DNA of 64,000 nt. Source: Candidatus Latescibacterota bacterium. Lineage in GTDB: Bacteria; Latescibacterota; UBA2968; UBA8231. A program made the translations under genes and the position numbers. Of this stretch, positions 57,994 through 64,000 are shown in pieces; the first letter of the stretch is position 1, and each line of letters starts with the position of its first letter. The stretch spans positions 352,001-416,000 of the forward strand of contig OZ241867.1 in assembly GCA_965203175.1 (NCBI GenBank), in the 5' to 3' direction. The notes beneath the pieces are model-generated. The model was not told the DNA's origin. It saw only the letters and a program-made list of their open reading frames with translations, and did not search any database.

Positions 57994-59064
57994 ATGAAGA
58001 CATCCGATCCATTTGAAAAGGGCCTCGCAGCCGGTGAGGCCGCGGCTTCTGCCGCCGGAGGCGCATCGCAAACATCAGCCAACGGCGGGCGCATGTACGT
58101 GCGCACACAGAATTTTGGATCAACCGATGCCGAGTTGCGCTTTTTGCAGCGCTGTGGCGTGCGCCACAAAGCCGCCAACTTTCCCTTCCACCCCGACCGC
58201 GGCTGGGATCTCGACGAGTTGATCCAGGAAAGAGAGCACCACGAGGCCTTCGGCCTGACACTGGATATGAGCTCGCTACCCATATATGAGCAATTTCCCA
58301 ACATCATCTATTTTGGCAAAAGCCCAGAGCGCGACCGGGAAATTGACCTCGTGTGCGAAATGATCCGCACCGCTGCGCGCGCCGGCATCGATTCTCTGCG
58401 CTATAACACCTGCATCCTGCCCATCGACCGCACCGAAGAAGAAGAAGGCCGCGGCGGCTACGTCCACACGGCGTTCCGCCTCGACAAGGTCCCGGCAGAA
58501 GAACAGGCCAAGCTGACCGAAGCCGGGCGCGTCACCGCCGACATGCACTGGGAGCGCATCGAGTATCTGCTCGAACGCATGATTCCAGTGGCAGAAGAAT
58601 TCAAGGTTCGCATGGGCAATTCCCAGGAAGACCCTGCCACACCCCCCGGTTATAAGGGCGTTGACAAAGTCCTCAATGACTTTGAGGGCATGAAGCGTTT
58701 CATCGAGATTCAGCGCAGTCCGTATAACGGCTGGAACTTCTGCGTCGGCTCCATCGCCGAAGGACTTGAAGATTCGGCCAGTGAAATCTACCCCATCATA
58801 GAATACTTTGGCAGCCGCGATACGATCTTCCTGGTTCACTATCGCAACCTCCTCGGGGGGCTCTACAGCTTCCGCGAGGCGCTGCCCGATGAAGGCGATA
58901 TGGACTTCCACCGGGTATTAAAGGCCCTCAAGGACACCGGCTACTGTTACGGCATTGATCCCGACCACGTCCCGCACACCGACGACGATCCAATGGGCGA
59001 CTATCAGTCCTATGCTTACTGCTTCGGCTACATCAATGCCATGATTCAGGCGGTCTACGGTTAA
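57994..59064 (+). CDS. Mannonate dehydratase (UxuA)-family protein, copy 2
   Basis: Near-identical tandem paralog, 1094-bp period. Confidence 0.8.
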   Translation: MKTSDPFEKGLAAGEAAASAAGGASQTSANGGRMYVRTQNFGSTDAELRFLQRCGVRHKAANFPFHPDRGWDLDELIQEREHHEAFGLTLDMSSLPIYEQFPNIIYFGKSPERDREIDLVCEMIRTAARAGIDSLRYNTCILPIDRTEEEEGRGGYVHTAFRLDKVPAEEQAKLTEAGRVTADMHWERIEYLLERMIPVAEEFKVRMGNSQEDPATPPGYKGVDKVLNDFEGMKRFIEIQRSPYNGWNFCVGSIAEGLEDSASEIYPIIEYFGSRDTIFLVHYRNLLGGLYSFREALPDEGDMDFHRVLKALKDTGYCYGIDPDHVPHTDDDPMGDYQSYAYCFGYINAMIQAVYG

Positions 59065-59107
59065 TCCATATGTAACGCGCAGGCAACTTCAGGAGGAGGT
59101 CACTCGC

Positions 59108-59938
59108 ATGGCAAAGGACGACAGCAGCAAGCACGATCTGCCCGAAGGATTCGCAGCGCAGACCATTGTCCGACTTCTGCAACAGGGCAAGAGGGATCGA
59201 TTGTACATGAGGATGGATGACGCACGCGCCCGCTTCAGGGAAGCACTGGAGATGTCCCCGGACCATCCTGAAGCATTGATGGAGTTCGGACGGACCTATG
59301 ACCCAATCAAGGGCCCATCCGAGGAAGAGACAGCAACCCTTCAACGAGCCGCCAAAGCGGCCCCAGATTCCATAGATGTCGCGCTTGAGCTTACCGTTGT
59401 GTGGGCGAGCGACCAAAAAAAGAAAGCCACAGCAATCGAGAAATGCCTAGAGCTGTGCAGTCTTCGGCTTGCGAAGGCCCCCAATGACCTAGTTGCCCTC
59501 ACTGCCCAAGCGCAGATGCTTTTGTGGAAAGGGGACTTTGAAGCGATGGAAGAGGTTGCCCGCCATGCGGCCACCTTGGCCCCAAAAAACCAGCAGTGCC
59601 TGAATTATCTTGCTTTGTCACTCGCCCGGCAGGACCGGTGGGATGAGGCCTATCCGGTGTATGAGACGATATATGGACTAGACAAAAAGACCGTATGGGC
59701 CTACGTTGCACTTCGGCAAATGGGGTCGTGCTTGGCATTCCACAGAGGTGATTGGGACGGGGCTGTGGGCATGCAGGAGAAGGTGTGGAACCTTACCGGG
59801 AGACCAAACGAGGCTAGCAACCTCATCTACTTTTATGGACAAGCCGGATTGGTGGAAAAGGCAAAAGCGCTGTTCAAGGAAGTCAAAGATCACCGCCATC
59901 CAGCGAGGGTTTACGAGATCGTTGGGAAAAATGAGTGA
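59108..59938 (+). CDS. Tetratricopeptide-repeat protein
   Basis: FREALEMSPDHPEAL..; RBS AGGAGG. Confidence 0.78.
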   Translation: MAKDDSSKHDLPEGFAAQTIVRLLQQGKRDRLYMRMDDARARFREALEMSPDHPEALMEFGRTYDPIKGPSEEETATLQRAAKAAPDSIDVALELTVVWASDQKKKATAIEKCLELCSLRLAKAPNDLVALTAQAQMLLWKGDFEAMEEVARHAATLAPKNQQCLNYLALSLARQDRWDEAYPVYETIYGLDKKTVWAYVALRQMGSCLAFHRGDWDGAVGMQEKVWNLTGRPNEASNLIYFYGQAGLVEKAKALFKEVKDHRHPARVYEIVGKNE

Positions 59939-59967
59939 CATATTTCGGATGTGGGAGTAAGGCCCGG

Positions 59968-61386
59968 ATGTTCAAAACTATGACAGTATGTATCGCGGCG
60001 AGTGTGCTAGGTGTACTATCCTGTGGGAAAGAAAAAATGGCCGACGCACAAACGGGAGCAAATACGAATGAAATGCGTACCGGTGTCATCGCGACTCACT
60101 ACGAGCCCGACGCAAGCATCTTTCCCAACCCCGAACGAGGATTTTACATATATACTAATTTGCACAAACTTGACCCCGCGATTGGCAAGAGGCGTGACGA
60201 GGGGCATACGTTACTCCGGGGACGGATCTTCATGGAGGACTATCGCGAGGTCCCGTTCTTGCCGGAATCGTTCCTCGCCGCAGTAGAAAACGGGTTCGCC
60301 ATCGCCCGGGACCAGGGAATGAAAGTCATCGTCCGGGGATCTTACGGTTTCAAAGGTCCAGACGGCGACTACAGATCGTACGAGGATCCGCCAAAGCCGA
60401 ACGTCAAAAACCACATCGCGCAGCTATCTCCCATTTTCGCCGCCAACGAGGATGTCATCGCCCTCTTCGAGGCGGGGTTTATCGGTCCGTGGGGAGAGTG
60501 GCACACGACAGCGATCGCAAACGACTACGATCTGGGTCGGGAGATGCTGTTCCACATCCTCGACCATACTCCCACCGACCGCTTAGTCTTGGTCCGCTAT
60601 CCTTACCTGAAACAGCAGATTTTCAAAAGATCTGGCGGCGGTTTCGCCACAGTGGATGCCAATAATGCCTATAGCGGCGAGCATGTCGCCCGTGTCGGCC
60701 ATCACAACGACTGTTTCCTCTCCTCACCGATCGACGTCGGCACGTACGAGCGGGGAGAAATGACACGCGAGGAGGAAGTGGCCTATCTTGCAAACGAGAC
60801 CCTCTACACCGCGTTCGGCGGGGAGACCTGCCGAACGCATGTACTCAACGATTGCGAGCGGACCATTACCGAACTGGAAACCCTTAAAGGCAGCTATCTC
60901 AATAGCAGCTATCACCCCGCGGTACTCGACAAGTGGGCCGCACAGGGTTGTTTCGACGAGGTAAAGAGGAGGCTGGGAGCGCGGTTCGTCTTGACTCAGA
61001 GCCGCATCGCGGCCACTGCCACCCCCGGTGGGCAACTCGCAGTGGAAATCGACCTAGACAATCGCGGTTTCGCCCCGCTTTACAACAGGCGCGATGTGGA
61101 GATCGTCTTAGAAAACGAAGAGAGCGGAGCGGTCCAAGCCTTTGTGGTCGATGTCGATCCGCGCACTTGGAAGCCGGGGGCATCCCACGTGCTTTCCGCC
61201 GTGGTTCCACTATCCTCCACTATGGCACCGGGCGAGTATATCGCGTACTTGCACTTGCCCGATCCCAGTCCCAGGCTCGTTGGCGATCCACGCTACGCAT
61301 ATCGGATCGCCAACGAGGGGGTTTGGGACGAGAAGCGCGGCTATAACAAACTGGCCAGAGGCATTGTCATCCAAGCTACAGAATGA
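59968..61386 (+). CDS. DUF4874/DUF4832-like lipoprotein (glycoside hydrolase-like fold suspected)
   Basis: Lipobox VLSC; FPNPERGFY, AGFIGPWGEWH, GHHNDCFL, FGGE, NRGFAPLYN; start uncertain. Confidence 0.8.
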   Translation: MFKTMTVCIAASVLGVLSCGKEKMADAQTGANTNEMRTGVIATHYEPDASIFPNPERGFYIYTNLHKLDPAIGKRRDEGHTLLRGRIFMEDYREVPFLPESFLAAVENGFAIARDQGMKVIVRGSYGFKGPDGDYRSYEDPPKPNVKNHIAQLSPIFAANEDVIALFEAGFIGPWGEWHTTAIANDYDLGREMLFHILDHTPTDRLVLVRYPYLKQQIFKRSGGGFATVDANNAYSGEHVARVGHHNDCFLSSPIDVGTYERGEMTREEEVAYLANETLYTAFGGETCRTHVLNDCERTITELETLKGSYLNSSYHPAVLDKWAAQGCFDEVKRRLGARFVLTQSRIAATATPGGQLAVEIDLDNRGFAPLYNRRDVEIVLENEESGAVQAFVVDVDPRTWKPGASHVLSAVVPLSSTMAPGEYIAYLHLPDPSPRLVGDPRYAYRIANEGVWDEKRGYNKLARGIVIQATE

Positions 61387-61484
61387 GGAAAACGGCCGCC
61401 CCTACGCGTTAGGCCGGTAGGCGGACATTGAAAAGATCCCGCGACCAGCAAAAACCAACCTTTAGTTCAGGAATAGGCCAGGCA

Positions 61485-62864
61485 ATGAATCGACCCAACA
61501 TCGTCTTTATCCTCAGCGACGACCAAGGCCCTTGGGCGGCCGGCTGTTACGGCAACGCGGAGATCCGCACCCCGGCGATCGACCGCATCGCCCAAACCGG
61601 CATGCGCTTTGACAATTTCTTCGTCGCAACGCCGGTCTGCTCGCCCAGCCGCGCAACCTTTTTGACCGGTCGCATCCCCTCGCAGCACGGAGTCCACGAC
61701 TGGATCAGAGAGGGCAACGTCGGCGAGTCCGCAGCCGCTTATCTCGCCGGCGAGGTGGCTTATACCGACATCCTCGCTGACAATGGCTGGGTCTGCGGCC
61801 TGAGCGGCAAGTGGCACTTGGGGCACAGCCAACTCGCGCAGCACGGTTTTTCGCATTGGTTCGTGCATCAGCAGGGCGGCGGCCCGTACAATGACGCGCC
61901 CATGATCCGCGACGGCGAGCTGATCACCGAACCGGGCTACGTGACCACAGCAATCACCAACGACGCGCTAGCATTCATCGACCGGCACGGCGACGGCGAC
62001 GCGCCTTTTTACCTAGGCGTACACTACACCGCGCCGCACAGCCCGTGGACTGGCCACCCACAGGAAATCGTCGATTCCTACGACAACTGCGCGTTCGACT
62101 CCTGTCCGCAGGAAGCGATCCACCCCTGGGCGGTGGGACACGGGCTAAGCGAGAATTGTCTGGGCAACCGCGAGATGCTCAAGGGCTATTTCGCTGCGGT
62201 GACGGCCATGGACCGCGACATTGGACGAATCCTCGACAAGCTGGAGGAAAAGGGGCTGCGCGAGAACACGCTGGTAGTCTTCACCAGCGACAACGGCTTT
62301 AGCTGCGGCCACCACGGTTTCTGGGGCAAGGGCAACGGCACCTATCCGCCGAACATGTACGAGAATTCGATCAAGGTGCCTTTCGTCGCCAGCCACCCCG
62401 ACCGCATCCCTGCGGAGAGCGTCCAAGAGGGCATGGTCAGCGCCTACGATTTTATGCCGACCCTGCTCGACTACCTAGGACTGCCACTACCCGAAGGCCC
62501 CAATTTGCCCGGACAAAGCGCGCTGCCACTATTGTTGGGAAAGGACGACACCGGTCGGCAGGAAGTAGTCATCTACGACGAGTACGGGACGACGCGGATG
62601 ATGCGCACCGAGGCGTGGAAATACGTCCACCGCTATCCAGATGGGCCGTGCGAACTCTACGACCTAGCCAACGATCCGGACGAGCGCGCCAATCTGGCGG
62701 ACGATTCCAGCCAAACCGAGCGGATCGGCGATCTAAAGCAGCGGCTGGAGGCGTGGTACCAACGCTACGTGGTACCCGAGCGCGACGGCCGCAATTTCGC
62801 GGTGACGGGCAAGGGCCAGCTCAGACCAGTGGGCGACGGCACCCAACCGTTCGCGGAGGAGTAG
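61485..62864 (+). CDS. Formylglycine-dependent sulfatase
   Basis: RPNIVFILSDDQ, CSPSRATFLTG, GKWHLG, TSDNG, ELYDL. Confidence 0.93.
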   Translation: MNRPNIVFILSDDQGPWAAGCYGNAEIRTPAIDRIAQTGMRFDNFFVATPVCSPSRATFLTGRIPSQHGVHDWIREGNVGESAAAYLAGEVAYTDILADNGWVCGLSGKWHLGHSQLAQHGFSHWFVHQQGGGPYNDAPMIRDGELITEPGYVTTAITNDALAFIDRHGDGDAPFYLGVHYTAPHSPWTGHPQEIVDSYDNCAFDSCPQEAIHPWAVGHGLSENCLGNREMLKGYFAAVTAMDRDIGRILDKLEEKGLRENTLVVFTSDNGFSCGHHGFWGKGNGTYPPNMYENSIKVPFVASHPDRIPAESVQEGMVSAYDFMPTLLDYLGLPLPEGPNLPGQSALPLLLGKDDTGRQEVVIYDEYGTTRMMRTEAWKYVHRYPDGPCELYDLANDPDERANLADDSSQTERIGDLKQRLEAWYQRYVVPERDGRNFAVTGKGQLRPVGDGTQPFAEE

Positions 62865-62881
62865 CCATCCGCATCGCGCGC

Positions 62882-63727
62882 TTACTCCGGCAACACACTC
62901 CGCGCCGGCACAAACCCCAACTCCGCTTCAATCCGCGTAATATCGTACACCGGATCCCGCTCGTGCCCCGCCTGCTCGTAACGCGCCATGTCGATCTTCT
63001 CCGCATCCGCCCCATACCAAATCCGCATCAACTCCGGCACCGTACAGGCCACACAGGCCTGCGTCCCCACCGCGTTCAAAATCCGCACCCCCGCCTTATG
63101 CGCGCGCTCCGCTGCCAGCCGGAAGCACCGCACCGCATCGCTCAAATACATACACGAAATCGCCCCCATCCCCCACGGTCCCACCGGCCCCAGTTGTCGT
63201 GGCGCAGGCACTCGATCCTCGGGCCAAATCGAAGCCAGCCTAATATTGATGAAGTCTAGGTCCTCCCGCTGCCGCGCCAGATAGCGGGTCGTCTCCTCCA
63301 TCATGTATTTGGAAAAACCGTAACCGTCGCGGTCGAAACACGGATGCTCGTCCGACATCGGCAGTTCGAGCGGCCGAAAATGCACCGATTGCATCCCAAC
63401 CGCGGCGATCGACGAGGCCAATGCAAACTTGCTGCAACCCCGATCGATCAAATAGCGCAACAAGCCGTAGGTCCCCATGACATTGACCCGCATCAGATCC
63501 GCTTCAGCGCCCGCGCCCGTCACCGCCCCCAGATGGACCAGCGCGTCGAAATCCCACCGATCCAACCGGTGCAGATCCTCCCCCCGCGTAAAATCTCCAA
63601 CCACCACCTCCACCCCCGCAACCTCCGTCGGCTGGCGCGACAGACAAACCACCTCGTGGTCTGCCGTCATATCCGCGGCCAACGCCCGACCGATAAAACC
63701 GCTAGTTCCCGTAATCAATACGCGCAT
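62882..63727 (-). CDS. NAD-dependent epimerase/dehydratase
   Basis: MRVLITGTSGFIG, YGFSK. Confidence 0.9.
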   Translation of the reverse strand: MRVLITGTSGFIGRALAADMTADHEVVCLSRQPTEVAGVEVVVGDFTRGEDLHRLDRWDFDALVHLGAVTGAGAEADLMRVNVMGTYGLLRYLIDRGCSKFALASSIAAVGMQSVHFRPLELPMSDEHPCFDRDGYGFSKYMMEETTRYLARQREDLDFINIRLASIWPEDRVPAPRQLGPVGPWGMGAISCMYLSDAVRCFRLAAERAHKAGVRILNAVGTQACVACTVPELMRIWYGADAEKIDMARYEQAGHERDPVYDITRIEAELGFVPARSVLPE

Positions 63728-63728
63728 C

Positions 63729-64000
63729 TCAACCTCCCGGCGGAGCAATCCGCTCCAGCACCAAACCTTCGGGACGCACAAAGTCCTTGTAGCGAACCAA
63801 GATTTCCGCTCCATTGATGCTGCGGACAAATCCTGCCCGCGCCTCCAGTTTCTTTACTTCGATCTCGATCCGATTGGCCCCGCGCCTTACCTCCTCCGGT
63901 GCCAAGCGAAAGCGGAACCAGTGCGCCGAAAAACCCAACGGGGCTTGCACCGCCATACCCCCAGCGAGCTGTACGGGAATGGTCAACGCGCGCTCGTCGC
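63729..64000 (-). CDS. C-terminal part of a hypothetical protein (5' end outside the window)
   Basis: Open frame ending HWFRFRL..RRGANRIEIEV; stop abuts the next gene start. Confidence 0.6.
   Translation of the reverse strand, partial: DERALTIPVQLAGGMAVQAPLGFSAHWFRFRLAPEEVRRGANRIEIEVKKLEARAGFVRSINGAEILVRYKDFVRPEGLVLERIAPPGG

Noticed and set aside
1-64000. tRNA, rRNA, tnpA, integrase or reverse transcriptase genes
   Set aside because: None recognised by eye; tRNAscan-SE and HMM searches would be needed to exclude them.

Overview
A GC-rich bacterial chromosomal window. The secreted proteins with FlgD-Ig/T9SS-type C-terminal-like domains, plus PhyH, sulfatase and UxuA-like expansions, suggest a Latescibacterota/Gemmatimonadota-like, possibly host-associated organism (inference only). 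From 898 to 20211 a ~19 kb accessory island separates hisG from hisD. It holds IS200/IS605-family tnpB elements, a broken MTase-endonuclease, an ORF-less group IIB intron, IS701/IS30 remnants and three large secreted modular proteins. The region 22-44 kb is mostly housekeeping and metabolic: two selenoprotein genes missed or truncated by the ORF track (Rdx/SelW, selD), rdgB, an ABC exporter pair, guaB and a phnA phosphonate cluster. The region 44-57 kb has two single-gene islands, each flanked by a duplicated 3' end of the upstream gene; one encodes an HEPN-like/NB-ARC/TPR protein. Top leads: (1) non-autonomous IS605-ended elements carrying a conserved, covarying, protein-free structured RNA (three copies); (2) a TnpB whose predicted guide perfectly matches a chromosomal site with an altered TAM; (3) the candidate NLR-like defence gene. 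All calls come from reading the sequence; no searches were run.
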